DNA from: an uncultured bacterium
Lineage (GTDB): Bacteria > Bacillota > Clostridia > Oscillospirales > CAG-272
Length of the DNA: 64,000 bases
Direction: 5' to 3'
Assembly (NCBI GenBank): GCA_949282345.1
Contig: CASDOQ010000025.1
Coordinates: 20,127-84,126, forward strand
This document shows positions 1-11,100 of the stretch, piece by piece. A program made the position numbers and the translations under genes. The notes under the pieces are model-generated. The model searched no databases and was not told the origin of the DNA. It was given only the letters and a program-made list of their open reading frames with translations. The stretch's first letter is position 1. Each line of letters starts with the position of its first letter.

Positions 1-15
1 TCGTGAGAGATGCGG

Positions 16-1167
16 TCAGAGCAACCCCAGCTCGTGCAACATCCGATTCACGTCGCTCTTTTTTTTATCACTCACCGCACCTATGGCGCTGAGCGCTTTT
101 CTCTTTCTTTTGCGCACGTCGGGGTCAAATACCCGGAACCAACGCTTTACCTCGTATAAAGGTTGCAGATATCTCCGTCCGTGCAGATGGGGATAGGAGA
201 GGCACAGAAGTTCATACGGGAGCCAGAGGCGATGGAGCATATACCCGAGCCGCCCCCTTTCGGTCTGCTGACCGACCGCCGCCGAATTTTCGGCATTTCC
301 GTAAACGCCGCCCGACAGAACGAATTGCTCGATCAGCCGCGTAGTATCACTATGGACGTCGTTTTCAAACCAGATTGCCCCAAGTTTTGATATGGCATCA
401 GAAAACTTCTTTATACCTGCGCCGGTCAGCATCGAGTCGAGCGTTTCGCGGTCGAATCGGGTTTTTCTCTCAAGCAAAAAGACGTCAAGGAAGGGGCGCA
501 CCCCGCATCCGCCGTCCAGAAAATGATGAAAGGTATGGGCAAACTGATGAAAAAGCAGGAATTCGCTGTCAAAACGATACTCATATCGATCGTAAGCGGT
601 TGCATAGGACCAGCAGTCCGAGAGCAGCCCGTCGATATTCTTTTTGTTTTCCCGGATCGTATGATGTAACTCGAGATGAACACCGCCATCGGAAAGCATG
701 GAAATATCGTGATAATTCTTTTTCTGGTAGGTATAACCGAGCCTTTCTTCGATCAGCCGAGCGACTTCGTCAACCTGTCCGGCAGGAACCAGAATATCAA
801 TGTCGCAACTGGTTCTCATCCACGGTTCAGGATAACAGTCGCGTATCACTGCGCCTTTGAGGGGGATAAAGCGGATCTCGTTTTCGTTGAAAAGATCGCG
901 CAGGCGGTCTGATTCGAAACGTATTTTCTCGTAACGGTATACGGCGAGCATGATCTGCTTCTGAAATTTCACTCTGATCTCATCATGTTCGGTCAGATCG
1001 TTTTTTATCAGCGCGTCGCCGACGAGATGGGCAAGATCGTGAGATTTTGAGAGATCGTACAGGCGTGCAAGCTCCTCCTCGGAAAATCGATACTGTGAAT
1101 AGTCGATCGGCTTATCGCAGACCTCGCCCGCGATCAGATCCATCATCGCACGGATGATTTTCTCCAC
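16..1167 (-). CDS. nucleotidyltransferase-fold protein (uncharacterised NTP_transf_5-like)
   Basis: 383-aa ORF with a PLKG...SCDIDILV motif typical of pol-beta-type nucleotidyltransferases. It lies 17 nt downstream of the CapF-like gene, co-oriented. Confidence 0.6.
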   Translation of the reverse strand: MEKIIRAMMDLIAGEVCDKPIDYSQYRFSEEELARLYDLSKSHDLAHLVGDALIKNDLTEHDEIRVKFQKQIMLAVYRYEKIRFESDRLRDLFNENEIRFIPLKGAVIRDCYPEPWMRTSCDIDILVPAGQVDEVARLIEERLGYTYQKKNYHDISMLSDGGVHLELHHTIRENKKNIDGLLSDCWSYATAYDRYEYRFDSEFLLFHQFAHTFHHFLDGGCGVRPFLDVFLLERKTRFDRETLDSMLTGAGIKKFSDAISKLGAIWFENDVHSDTTRLIEQFVLSGGVYGNAENSAAVGQQTERGRLGYMLHRLWLPYELLCLSYPHLHGRRYLQPLYEVKRWFRVFDPDVRKRKRKALSAIGAVSDKKKSDVNRMLHELGLL

Positions 1168-1184
1168 GGCTCCGCCTCCTTGAT

Positions 1185-2384
1185 TCAGACTTTTTCTCCA
1201 AATGTATCAGGATGCTCCGCATCAAACTGCTCGTTGGCCCACATGACCGTCACCAGATCTTCGGTATTGGACAGATTGATGATATTATGTGTATACCCGG
1301 GGAGCATGTGTACGGCTTCGAGCTTCTCGCCGCTGACCTCGAAACGAAGCACCTCATCCGTGCCTATCCTGCGTTCCTCGATCAGCCCGTGCCCCGATAC
1401 CACGATGAAAAATTCCCACTTGGAGTTGTGCCAATGCTGTCCCTTTGTGATCCCGGGCTTTGAAATATTGACACTGACCTGCCCGCACTTTTCGGTTCTA
1501 AGCAGTTCGGTAAAACTGCCGCGGGCATCTTCGTTCATCCTGAGCGGGAACGCCACCTTCTCTTTCGGCAGATAGGAAAGATACATCGAATAAAGCTTCT
1601 TTTCAAAACTGCCGTTCGGGATCTCGGGGATCACGAGCGTTTTCGGCTGGTCGTGGAATCTGTTCAGGCACTCGACGATATACCCAAGCGTCGCCTTGTG
1701 CGTCACGGGGGCGGCGCAATACCTCCCTTTCTCAGTCGGCACGGCGTTCACACCGTCAAACTCGCAGCGATGCTCTTTTCCTTCAAGCGCGTCGAGCATT
1801 TCCTCGACGAGATCGTCAATGAAGAGCATTTCAAGCTCCACGGACGGATCGTTTACCGTAATCGGCAGGTCATTGGCAATGTTATGACAAAACGTGCCGA
1901 CTGCGCTGTTGTAATTGGGGCGTACCCATTTGCCGACGAGGTTCGGAAACCGATAGACCAGCACTTTTGCGCCGGTCTCCTCTCCGTAAGCAAAAAACAG
2001 ATCCTCCCCCGCCCTTTTGGAAAGGCCGTATTCAGACAGGCCGAAACGTCCGGCAAGCGTTGCCTGAATTGAAGAAGACAGCATGACGGGGCAGGTATTC
2101 CGATGCTTTTTCAGCATGCAAAGCAACGTGGAAGCAAAGCCGAAATTTCCCGCCCTAAATTCTACGGGATCTTTCGGCCGGTTGATGCCCGCAAGATTGA
2201 ACACAAAATCGGCCTTTGCACAGTATACATCAAGTTCCTCCTGCGTGCCGTCCACGTCGTATTCATAGATCTCGTCGATCTCTATATTCGGGCGCGTGCG
2301 GTTCTTTCCGTCGCGGATATTTTTCAGGTTTTCGGTCAGATTCCGCCCGACGAAGCCTTTTGCTCCTGTGATCAATATTCTCAT
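1185..2384 (-). CDS. CapF/FnlB-like sugar-nucleotide epimerase/reductase (N-terminal SDR fused to C-terminal cupin)
   Basis: 399 aa. Has an ILITGAKGFVGRNL Rossmann motif, a YGLSK (YxxxK) SDR catalytic motif, and a C-terminal cupin-like segment (GQHWH...HMLPGYTHNI). Confidence 0.7.
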   Translation of the reverse strand: MRILITGAKGFVGRNLTENLKNIRDGKNRTRPNIEIDEIYEYDVDGTQEELDVYCAKADFVFNLAGINRPKDPVEFRAGNFGFASTLLCMLKKHRNTCPVMLSSSIQATLAGRFGLSEYGLSKRAGEDLFFAYGEETGAKVLVYRFPNLVGKWVRPNYNSAVGTFCHNIANDLPITVNDPSVELEMLFIDDLVEEMLDALEGKEHRCEFDGVNAVPTEKGRYCAAPVTHKATLGYIVECLNRFHDQPKTLVIPEIPNGSFEKKLYSMYLSYLPKEKVAFPLRMNEDARGSFTELLRTEKCGQVSVNISKPGITKGQHWHNSKWEFFIVVSGHGLIEERRIGTDEVLRFEVSGEKLEAVHMLPGYTHNIINLSNTEDLVTVMWANEQFDAEHPDTFGEKV

Positions 2385-2583
2385 GCTTTTTCTCTTCCCT
2401 TAAAAATTCTCTGGATAAAGTTCAGAAAAAACAAAGTCTTCCTGAAAAAATATACAAATGCATTCTACTATAAACCTATAGATTTGTCAATCAATATTTA
2501 CATATCCGATCGATCATCCGAAAGGAAAGAAGGGGTCTTTTTTGATTTTTTATATTAAATTCTATCTTCTTCAAAACGAGAAA

Positions 2584-3546
2584 TCAGATCTTTGCAGTCT
2601 TTCCGTTTTTCAGAAACGGCGAAGGAGTAAGCGGCGCCGGTTCCAAAGAATCGTAAATGGCAGAGACGGCAAATTGCCCGGCCTCGGCAAAAGGAAAGTC
2701 GACGCAGGTGAGCGGCAAAACGCTCTCCCGTCCCGCCTCCTCTGCGCTCCCCGCGATCAGGTCAAACGCACCGGGAAAACCGATCCCCACCTCGCAGAGA
2801 AAACGTAAAAGTGCCCGCGCGGTCTCCGCGCGGGAGGTGACAACGCCGTCGACCCCTTCGAGATCCGCTGCGGTCAGTTTTTCGATATCCGTCATACGCG
2901 GATCATGCCCGGCACCGCGCACAGTATCAGAATATCCTTCCCTTCTCTCGCGCAGTTCCCGCGCGGCAGACTCCGAAAACGAATCAATATACAAAAGATT
3001 TCTGCGTCCGAGGCGGAGCAACGTATCGGCCGCCAATGCGGAAGCGGCATAATAATCGTAAAATACCGAGAAAACTCCCGGTACGTGTGCCGTTGCATTC
3101 AGAATGGCAAAGGGAACGTGCATCTTCTGCAATTCCCGGATGTGAGCCCGCTCGTTATATACCAGGGAATCCGGCGCGATGAAAATGATCCCATCCACAG
3201 AACGGTTCGTCCACGCATTGATATACGAATCATCCTCGCCCCCCGTCAAAAGGACGGTAGAAACACTCCGGGAAGCGGCGGCTTCGGTCACAGCGCGCAG
3301 AGAAAGCGCAAAGGACGCGCTTCGATTCTCCCAAAAGTTGACCACCCCGACCGAAAACGCCCGTTGGGATCGCATCCCACGCGCAATGGCGTTCGGCATA
3401 TAGTGAAGACGCTCCGCGGCCTCGCGCACCACCTTGACTGTCTTTTCCGAATACTTTTTTTCGGTCGAGCCGTTCAGGATATAGGAAACCGCCGAGACAC
3501 TCACGCCGGCCGCGGCAGCCACTTCCCTGATCGTTACTTTTTTCAT
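2584..3546 (-). CDS. LacI-family transcriptional regulator
   Basis: N-terminal HTH MKKVTIREVAAAAGVSVSAVSYILNG followed by a periplasmic-binding-fold body. I chose the ATG at 3546 (GGGGGA Shine-Dalgarno upstream) over the ORF-track start at 3567. Confidence 0.85.
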   Translation of the reverse strand: MKKVTIREVAAAAGVSVSAVSYILNGSTEKKYSEKTVKVVREAAERLHYMPNAIARGMRSQRAFSVGVVNFWENRSASFALSLRAVTEAAASRSVSTVLLTGGEDDSYINAWTNRSVDGIIFIAPDSLVYNERAHIRELQKMHVPFAILNATAHVPGVFSVFYDYYAASALAADTLLRLGRRNLLYIDSFSESAARELRERREGYSDTVRGAGHDPRMTDIEKLTAADLEGVDGVVTSRAETARALLRFLCEVGIGFPGAFDLIAGSAEEAGRESVLPLTCVDFPFAEAGQFAVSAIYDSLEPAPLTPSPFLKNGKTAKI

Positions 3547-3567
3547 GCTTCCCCCTGCGATCGACAA

Positions 3568-4104
3568 TCAGATATGTAACTTCTTTATATAGTGTTTCAA
3601 TTTTTCCGCTACCATACAGGCAAGCGCAAATTTCAGCAGATCGAACGGAATATACGGCAACACGCACATGAGAAGGACCGAAAAGAAATCAATGCTGCCC
3701 TCATAGATCGCAATAAACCATACCGTCCCGAACAGATAGCAGACGAAGAGTCCGACCAACGCTCCTATCGTGCGACCATACCGCAAACGGGAAAAAACCG
3801 TTTCAAAAAGAATACAGACAAGTCCCATGCCGAGGAAGCCGACGATATACCCTCCGCCCGCGCTGAAAATATGCGCCAGCCCGCCGCGGAAGCCGGAAAA
3901 GACCGGGACGCCGGCCGCCCCCAACAGAATATATACAAGCACCGAAATCGATCCGCGCTTTCCGCCTAAGATCATATAGGTCAGGAAGACGGCAAAGGTC
4001 TGCAAGGTGATCGGCGCCGCAAAGGGAACGGGAATAGTGATCCAGGCACAAACGGAAATCAGCGCGGAAAAAAGCGGAATCAGCGTAATATCACGAATTT
4101 TCAT
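3568..4104 (-). CDS. bioY: biotin transporter S-component BioY
   Basis: 178 aa with 5-6 hydrophobic helices and a BioY-like sequence (ITLQTFAVFL...GGGYIVGF). Confidence 0.85.
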   Translation of the reverse strand: MKIRDITLIPLFSALISVCAWITIPVPFAAPITLQTFAVFLTYMILGGKRGSISVLVYILLGAAGVPVFSGFRGGLAHIFSAGGGYIVGFLGMGLVCILFETVFSRLRYGRTIGALVGLFVCYLFGTVWFIAIYEGSIDFFSVLLMCVLPYIPFDLLKFALACMVAEKLKHYIKKLHI

Positions 4105-4146
4105 GTTTTCTCCTCATCGGCCGTGACGGCTAAAAGCTTTTTGTTT

Positions 4147-4175
4147 ATTTTAGCATATCGGTGTCGGAAAGTCAA
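4147..4175 (-). promoter_or_regulatory. sigma-A-type promoter candidate for bioY-lacI
   Basis: On the minus strand: TTGACT, 17-nt spacer, TAAAAT, about 40 nt upstream of the bioY ATG. Confidence 0.45.
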
Positions 4176-4200
4176 GAAAAAAGGCACCCTTGCGGGTGCC
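4176..4200 (-). terminator. intrinsic terminator after hsp20
   Basis: Minus strand GGCACCC-GCAA-GGGUGCC hairpin followed by a U6-7 tract, 9 nt after the hsp20 stop. Confidence 0.75.
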
Positions 4201-4208
4201 TCCGAAGA

Positions 4209-4643
4209 TCATCGGATCTCGATGTAACGATCTTTTTTCTCTTCTTTTTCTTTCTTCGGCATGATGACCGAAAGAACGCCGTCCTGATAAGATGCGTCGA
4301 TCTTTTCGCTGTCCACGCCGGAAAGATCAAAGGTGCGGGAGAAAGAGCCGAAACTACGCTCCGAGCGGATATAGTTCCCTTTTTCATCCTTCTCTTCGTT
4401 TTCGGCTTTCCGCTCCGCCGTGATCGTCATATAATCCCCGTCCAGCGAAATACGGATATCCTCTTTCCGGAAACCGGGCAGATCCGCCTCCAGAATATAT
4501 TTCCCGTCCTTTTCCCGTATATCGGTCTTGAACTCGGCCAATGCGCCGGAGCCGAAAAAGCTTTTCTCCATGTTCTCAAATTCACGGAAGGGATTGTAGG
4601 AATCAACGCCGAAACGGCGGCCAAAAGGTGTAAGAGCAAACAT
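4209..4643 (-). CDS. Hsp20/alpha-crystallin small heat-shock protein
   Basis: 144 aa with alpha-crystallin domain hallmarks (YILEADLPGFRKEDI...RSERSFGSFSRTF.L...YQDGVL). Confidence 0.9.
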   Translation of the reverse strand: MFALTPFGRRFGVDSYNPFREFENMEKSFFGSGALAEFKTDIREKDGKYILEADLPGFRKEDIRISLDGDYMTITAERKAENEEKDEKGNYIRSERSFGSFSRTFDLSGVDSEKIDASYQDGVLSVIMPKKEKEEKKDRYIEIR

Positions 4644-4709
4644 AATCGTTTACCTCCTGTAAAGTTTTATTTATTTTTTGCTGTTTTTTCACTCTTTATC
4701 CGCTCATTC

Positions 4710-7301
4710 TCAGCGAACAAGGAGTTTTTCTCCGTCGTAATCGACGGTAAGGGTCGTATCGGGGGCAATATCGCCCTCGATGATCTTGCGGGCGAGCAGG
4801 GTCTCGACGTTCGCCTGCAGGAAGCGCTTCATCGGACGGGCGCCAAAGGCCGGATCGTATGACGCATCGGCAATATATTCCGCGGCAGGCGTTGTGATCT
4901 CCAGAGTAATGCCACGGTCGGCAAGGCGCTTTGCAAGGTCCGCAACGAGCAACTTGATGATCGCATGGATGTTCTCTCTGGTGAGCGGCTTATACAGCAC
5001 CGTCTCGTCCAATCGGTTCAGAAATTCAGGGCGGAAACTGCGCCGCAGGAGTGCTTCGACCGACTTCTGTGCTTCCTCAGAGATCTTTCCGTCCGGCGTA
5101 ATGCCGTCAAGGATGATATCCGAGCCAAGGTTGGAGGTCAGGATAATGATCGTGTTTTTGAAATCGACCGTCCGCCCCTGCGAGTCGGTGATCCGCCCGT
5201 CATCCAGTACCTGCAACAGGACGTTGAAAACGTCGGGATGCGCCTTTTCCACCTCGTCAAAGAGAACGACCGAATAGGGATGTCGCCGCACCGCCTCGGT
5301 GAGCTGACCGCCCTCGTCGTATCCGACGTATCCGGGAGGCGCGCCGATCAGACGCGATACTGAATATTTTTCCATATACTCGGACATATCGATCCGGATC
5401 AGATTATGCTCATCGTCAAACAGCGCTTCGGCAAGCGCCTTGGCAAGTTCGGTCTTTCCAACGCCTGTGGGGCCTAAGAACAGGAAGGAGCCGATCGGAC
5501 GGCGGGGGTCCTTGATGCCGGCACGCGAACGAAGGATCGCGTTGCTGACCTTGGTGACCGCTTCGTCCTGCCCGACTACGCGCTGATGCAGGATATCTTC
5601 CATATGCAGGAGTTTTTCGCGCTCCCCGGCCACCAGCCTTGCGACCGGAATTCCCGTCCAGCGCGAAACGATACGCGCAATTTCTTCTTCATCAACGCAA
5701 TCGCGGAGCAAAGTCCGTGCGTCCTCCCCTTTCTGCTCCCGGGCTTCCTCTTCCTCCAGTTCTTTTTGCAGTTCGGGCAGACGCCCGTACTTCAGTTCCG
5801 CCGCGCGGTTCAGGTCGTAGGCATTCTGTGCACGTTCGATCTCCGCATTGACCTGCTCGATCTGCTCACGGATCTTCTGTCCCTTTCCGATGGAGGCTTT
5901 TTCGTTCTCCCATTTTGCCTTCATGGCGGCAAAGGATTCCTTAAGCTCGGCCAGCTCCTTTCTGATCTCTTCCAGATGAGCCGCAGAGAGTTTGTCGTTC
6001 TCTTTTTTGAGCGCGGCTTCCTCTATCTCATGCTGCATGATCTTACGCGAGATCTCATCCATTTCGGTCGGCATGGAGTTCATTTCGGTCTTGATCAGCG
6101 CGCAGGCCTCATCCACCAGGTCGATCGCCTTATCGGGCAGGAATCTGTCGCTGATATAGCGCGCCGAAAGCGTCGCGGCCGCGATCAGGGCGCTGTCATG
6201 GATCTTTACCCCATGATAGACCTCATACCGTTCCTTCAGACCGCGCAGAATACTGATGGTATCCTCAACGCTCGGCTCGTCTACCATCACAGGCTGGAAT
6301 CGCCTCTCAAGCGCCGCATCCTTCTCGATATACTTGCGGTACTCGTCCAGCGTAGTCGCGCCGATACAATGCAGTTCCCCACGGGCGAGCATCGGTTTCA
6401 GCAGGTTTCCGGCATCCATGGATCCTTCCGTCTTTCCCGCACCGACGATCGTATGCAGCTCATCGATGAACAGAATGATCTTCCCTTCGCTGGCCTTCAC
6501 TTCATTCAGAACGGCTTTCAGACGCTCTTCGAATTCCCCGCGGAATTTTGCCCCGGCAACAAGTGCCCCCATATCGAGAGAAAAGATACTGCGATCCTTC
6601 AGGTTGTCGGGGATATCGCCGCGCACGATCCGCTGGGCAAGCCCCTCCGCGATCGCCGTCTTGCCAACGCCCGGCTCACCGATGAGGCAGGGGTTGTTTT
6701 TGGTCTTACGGGAAAGGATGCGGATCACATTACGGATCTCGTCGTCACGTCCGATAACGGGATCGAGTTTTTGGTTCCGTGCGGCCTCAACGAGATCCTG
6801 TCCGTATTTTTTCAGAACATCATAGGTCGCTTCGGGATTATCGGTGTTCACCGACTGGTTTCCGCGCACCTTTTTCATCGCGGCAAGGATCCCTGCCCGG
6901 TCAATTTTTGCGGCGGCAAACACCTCGCTGACCGCCGCATCTCCCTTCTCGCAGAGGGCCAGAAGCAGATGTTCGACCGAAACGAACTCATCCTTCATGT
7001 TCTCGGCGGTCTTTTCGGCTGCGGCAAGCACGCCGTCAAGAGAGGAGGACATATAAAGCTGGCCACCGCTCACCTTAGGCAGTTTTCCGATCCGCTTTTT
7101 TACGTCTGCCGACATCTCGCTGACCGAGCCGCCGGCCCCCGTCACGATCTCGGGAGTCAATCCGTCGCGTTGTTCCAGCAACGCGCAAAGAAGATGCAAC
7201 GGCAGAAGTTCCTGCTGTCCGTTATCCCGGGCCAGCCGCTGCGCGCCGTTCAACGCTTCAATGCTTTTCTGTGTATAATGTTCAAGGTTCATAATATTCA
7301 C
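4710..7301 (-). CDS. clpB: ATP-dependent chaperone/disaggregase ClpB
   Basis: 863 aa. Two AAA+ modules with Walker A GEPGVGKT and GPTGVGKT, a long middle coiled-coil, and a Clp N-domain. Confidence 0.97.
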   Translation of the reverse strand: MNIMNLEHYTQKSIEALNGAQRLARDNGQQELLPLHLLCALLEQRDGLTPEIVTGAGGSVSEMSADVKKRIGKLPKVSGGQLYMSSSLDGVLAAAEKTAENMKDEFVSVEHLLLALCEKGDAAVSEVFAAAKIDRAGILAAMKKVRGNQSVNTDNPEATYDVLKKYGQDLVEAARNQKLDPVIGRDDEIRNVIRILSRKTKNNPCLIGEPGVGKTAIAEGLAQRIVRGDIPDNLKDRSIFSLDMGALVAGAKFRGEFEERLKAVLNEVKASEGKIILFIDELHTIVGAGKTEGSMDAGNLLKPMLARGELHCIGATTLDEYRKYIEKDAALERRFQPVMVDEPSVEDTISILRGLKERYEVYHGVKIHDSALIAAATLSARYISDRFLPDKAIDLVDEACALIKTEMNSMPTEMDEISRKIMQHEIEEAALKKENDKLSAAHLEEIRKELAELKESFAAMKAKWENEKASIGKGQKIREQIEQVNAEIERAQNAYDLNRAAELKYGRLPELQKELEEEEAREQKGEDARTLLRDCVDEEEIARIVSRWTGIPVARLVAGEREKLLHMEDILHQRVVGQDEAVTKVSNAILRSRAGIKDPRRPIGSFLFLGPTGVGKTELAKALAEALFDDEHNLIRIDMSEYMEKYSVSRLIGAPPGYVGYDEGGQLTEAVRRHPYSVVLFDEVEKAHPDVFNVLLQVLDDGRITDSQGRTVDFKNTIIILTSNLGSDIILDGITPDGKISEEAQKSVEALLRRSFRPEFLNRLDETVLYKPLTRENIHAIIKLLVADLAKRLADRGITLEITTPAAEYIADASYDPAFGARPMKRFLQANVETLLARKIIEGDIAPDTTLTVDYDGEKLLVR

Positions 7302-7348
7302 CTCACTTTAAATTTTCGGGTTTTTATAGGGTTTCCACTTTTTCCGGT

Positions 7349-8005
7349 TTATATGATCTCGGAACAGTCCCTGAGATATTCACGGTAGAGATCGTCGATC
7401 CGTCTTGCTGCCAGTTCGGGGATCTCCGGCGTTTCAAAAAAGCTTTTCATAGCTTCGTCAAACGTCCGAATATATACGGCTATGGCATCGGCAATCTGCT
7501 CTTCCCCGAATTTCTCGTCCCGGCTGTTCCGGCGAAGGACGAGCCGGCGGGCATATTTTCCGTCCTCTATCGAAGATTCGACCGCTCCGATATACCGCGC
7601 TTCGGTTTCCAACCACATCCGGTAAAAGGAATTCATGTATGCGATCAGGGTGCGGTTTTGCGTACGGAATCCGACGCGAAGTTCTCCAAAAGCCGGCGTC
7701 GGCTGTCGGTAAAGCAACACGCTGTAACGAACGGTAGGATTATACTTATAGGCCAGTGCCGAACGGAGCGTCAGCGTGTTCTCCGTGCTCCCCTCAAGAC
7801 GCTGAGCCGAATCATCAGCACCGAAGAGCGCCTCGATATTTCCGAATATCTGGCGGATGCGCTTCTCCGGCGTGGTCAGTGAAAGATGCTCCGCCAGGAT
7901 CTGATTGATCAGATTGGAACGGTTAGTGGCTTTACGGTAAGCCAGTTTATCGATCGCCGCGACCACTTCATCGGAAAGCACCAAAGAATATACGCTCTTT
8001 TTCAT
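7349..8005 (-). CDS. ribbon-helix-helix (CopG/Arc-like) N-terminal domain protein with an unknown ~170-aa C-terminal domain
   Basis: 218 aa. The N-terminus (YSLVLSDEVVAAIDKLAY..TNRSNLINQILAEHL) fits a beta-strand/helix/helix RHH pattern. It is first in the operon, 47 nt upstream of clpB with no intervening hairpin. Confidence 0.6.
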   Translation of the reverse strand: MKKSVYSLVLSDEVVAAIDKLAYRKATNRSNLINQILAEHLSLTTPEKRIRQIFGNIEALFGADDSAQRLEGSTENTLTLRSALAYKYNPTVRYSVLLYRQPTPAFGELRVGFRTQNRTLIAYMNSFYRMWLETEARYIGAVESSIEDGKYARRLVLRRNSRDEKFGEEQIADAIAVYIRTFDEAMKSFFETPEIPELAARRIDDLYREYLRDCSEII

Positions 8006-8036
8006 AATATTTTCCTTTTCTTTCTTTTCTGATTTT

Positions 8037-8064
8037 ATTATACTACAAAATTATAATTTGTCAA
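8037..8064 (-). promoter_or_regulatory. near-consensus sigma-A promoter of the RHH-clpB-hsp20 operon, with an imperfect palindrome
   Basis: Minus strand TTGACA, 16-nt spacer, TATAAT. The imperfect palindrome ACAAAATTATAATTTGT (8045-8061) fills the spacer. Confidence 0.55.
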
Positions 8065-8103
8065 GTGGTTTATATAAATTTTATTGCAAATTATTTTTTA
8101 GTT

Positions 8104-8133
8104 CAAAAAAAGAGGCACCCGTTTCCGGGTGCC
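8104..8133 (-). terminator. intrinsic terminator after the 1236-aa gene
   Basis: Minus strand GGCACCC-GGAAAC-GGGUGCC hairpin, then CU and a U7 tract, 7 nt after the stop. Confidence 0.75.
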
Positions 8134-8139
8134 GGTTGA

Positions 8140-11100
8140 TTATTTAAGCGGAATACCTTCGCCGAGAGCGTTTACAATGGGGTCAATGAGACTGTAACGG
8201 CGACGCACGCTATGCTGCCAGATGGCCGCCACGATGCGTGCAAGGAGCAATGCTGCAAACGCTCCGGCCATGCCGATGACACCGATTAATTGCAAGCCGG
8301 TGAGCTGGAATGCATATGCGGCAATGAAGGGAACGGCCGCGGCAATGATGCCCCAGATGGCTACGGCGCAATGAGACGTGGAGCGGCCTTTGGTATACGG
8401 AATGCACTCAAACCCGAGCGACACGATTGCATTGAAGCAAAGCCCTACCATGGCACAGCCAAACCCGACCATCAGGGTGGAAGCATAGCCGCGCACACCG
8501 GTGAAGTTCGTGTGCAGGTTAAAGATGCCGCTCATGCCTGCAAAGAATACAGCCGCGCAAAGGATCGCCGCACGCACAAGGCCCATCCAGCGGACAGAAC
8601 GCAGATATTTTCTGTCGCCGACTTCGCTCTTCTTGAACAGGCCGATGACGAAGTTCAGGAGAACAGCCAGGACAAAACTGCCGGCGTAGAGATAGAAACC
8701 GATCGCCATCTTGTAGCCATCCACTACAAGCAACGGCAGAAGCACGAATCCGAGCAACAAATAGGATGCGCGGAGATTCTTCATTACACGGGTGACACCC
8801 GCGCCGGTTCCGCGGCAGTGCGCGATCAGGCGGATAAGACCGATCAGAAGGTTAAAGAGGATGAGGATCGGATTGAGAATAACCGCGACGGCCAGGAGCG
8901 TGAAGACTACCCACTTCCCGTTATTATACGTGGTATCGCCCGGGCTCTGAACAGCGGCATTATAATACTGACTCAATTCCTGAAGCCCGTTGCCGGCCCC
9001 GGAGACGAGATTCTGCGGCAGAGCCGTGAGATAGGAGAAGATCGTATCCGGCTTGAAGGTATTCTTATCGGTCAGCAGCGTTTCGAAAGAAACCGTTGCC
9101 TCGGTCTTCACGTTACCGTTGCAGATCTTGTAGGCGTATCTCGGAATCGCTCCTACGGATTTATGAGTCGAGGCGCCTGTCGCATAACTACCGGTAAAGA
9201 CCGGCAGGAGAGAACCGACCAGAGCAACAACCATCAGAAGGACGGCGAGGATGCCCTGCAGACGGGAAAGGCGAATATTGCGCTTGGGGATCATGACTTC
9301 CCCGCGCTCGTAGATCGTGTTGAAATACTTCCGATCGTCACGGATCCCGATTTCCGCATAGCGCACCCGATTCTTATCGGATTTTTTGCGTTGCGCGAAA
9401 GCGCGATACTGTTCACAGTTGGATTCGTAGGAATTGTTGAGAAGTTTTTCGACGTTGGCGAGCGCCCATGCATCCGACTCGACCGCCCCGTTATCAGTCT
9501 GGATGACCGCAGTCGAAGACCCGGCAGTCAAAGCGGGAACCAGAGAGACCGGAACGCCGGAAATGCGGGAGATCTTCTTGGCGCGCTTTACCGATTCCTT
9601 TTCGTATTTCTCATAAAGTTTACGGTTGAGTTTCAGCTCTTTCTCTTTGGCGGCCATCACCTTTTTGTCGTGCTTTGTCACGATGTCTGTTTTGGCCAGT
9701 TCAAGCTTATGCTCACGCGCCGCGATCTTATCGTCGGCCTGCTTCTTCTTGAGATAGATCTCGATCTCGTTTTTCTGCGCACGGATCGCCTTGCGGGTAT
9801 CGTCGTTCTTCATGCGCGCCAGTTTGGAATCCTCAAGATGCTGAGCCTCATGCATCATGCGGAGATCCTCAAGACCCGCATTCTGAATCTTCTCGGCATC
9901 CTGCGCCTTCTTCTTGATCAACTTCTTATCGGAAGCAAGCTTCTTGGCGTAGAGTTTCTCTTCCAGCGTGCGTTCGCTGATGCGCAGGCGGAGTTCATTG
10001 GCGCGGCGATTGGCCTCCAGGGCCCCATCGGTCTTCTCGAGGCGGAGAGACTTTCTTTCCACCTTTCCGAGTTCACGGTTTTCCTTCAGGCGAATGTTCT
10101 TTTTCAGCGCTTCGTTGCGATCAAGATCATCGGAACGCTGCTTCAAGATCCGCCGTTCGTTTTCGGCGCGACGGACGGTTCTCTTTTCGTTATAGAGCTT
10201 CTCCTGCGTCTCGTGCTCTACGGTTTCTGCCTGCCGGCGGGTCGCAGTCGCTTCCTCGGTCAGGTTCAACTTGGCGGACTTGATTTCCGCGGCGCCGAGA
10301 CGCTTGCTTTCTTTCTCGTTGGCGGTCGCAATGCGCGCGTCGACCTTTTCTCTGTCCGCCTGGCGGATCTTGCGGAGTTTTTCGGCGGAGCGGGTGCGCT
10401 TCAGGTTAAGACGGTTTTCAAAACTCTTATCCTGAACCGAAGACTTCAGTTCGGCGTTTTCGGCCGCGGACGCCGCCTTGTTTTCCTCAGCAAGCAGGGC
10501 CTTGGTATATTTGATCTTTTCGTTAGCGATCTTGCGGGCGTTGGTGCGCTCTTCGCGGATGCGCAGATAATCCAGGCGGTTCTGCGCCTCGGCTTTTTCA
10601 GCATCGATGCCGGAACGCTCGTTGGTGAGCTTCTTATCCTGTGCGCGCTTCTGCTTTCTGATCTTCTCGTCGTTCGTACGACGGAGCCCGTACAGATAGT
10701 TCTCATAGGCTTTATCATCTACCGTGGCCTTGAGTTTATCGTTTTGACGGGCGGCCTCTTTGGCCTCCTCGGAAAGGAGCGACTTGGTGAGCTTGAGCTG
10801 TTGTTTGGCCAGCTTACGGGCGGTGTTGCGCTCGTTTTCGATCCGGGCCATGTCAAGGGTATGCTCATCGTCTACCTTACGGCTACGGAGATCGGCATTC
10901 GCACGCAATTGCTTCTTTGCCTGGATCCGTTGCTTTTTGGCGATCTTCTTTTCGTTGCTCAGTTTCTGGCTGTACAGGTAGTTTTCAAAATTCTTTTCGT
11001 CAACGCTCTTGCGAAGCTCGTCATTCTGACGGACAGCTGCCTTGGCCTCCTCGGAAAGGAGCGACTTGGTGAGTTTGACTTCCTCGTTGGAATTTTTGCG

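Noticed and set aside
5586-7388. 600-aa plus-strand ORF antisense to clpB
   Set aside because: clpB on the minus strand has unmistakable AAA+ motifs. The antisense product has no recognisable features and is a typical high-GC shadow ORF.
8006-8139. Searched for a CIRCE (HrcA) or CtsR operator upstream of the clpB operon
   Set aside because: Neither TTAGCACTC-N9-GAGTGCTAA nor tandem GGTCAAA-type repeats are present. Only the AT-rich imperfect palindrome reported above was found.
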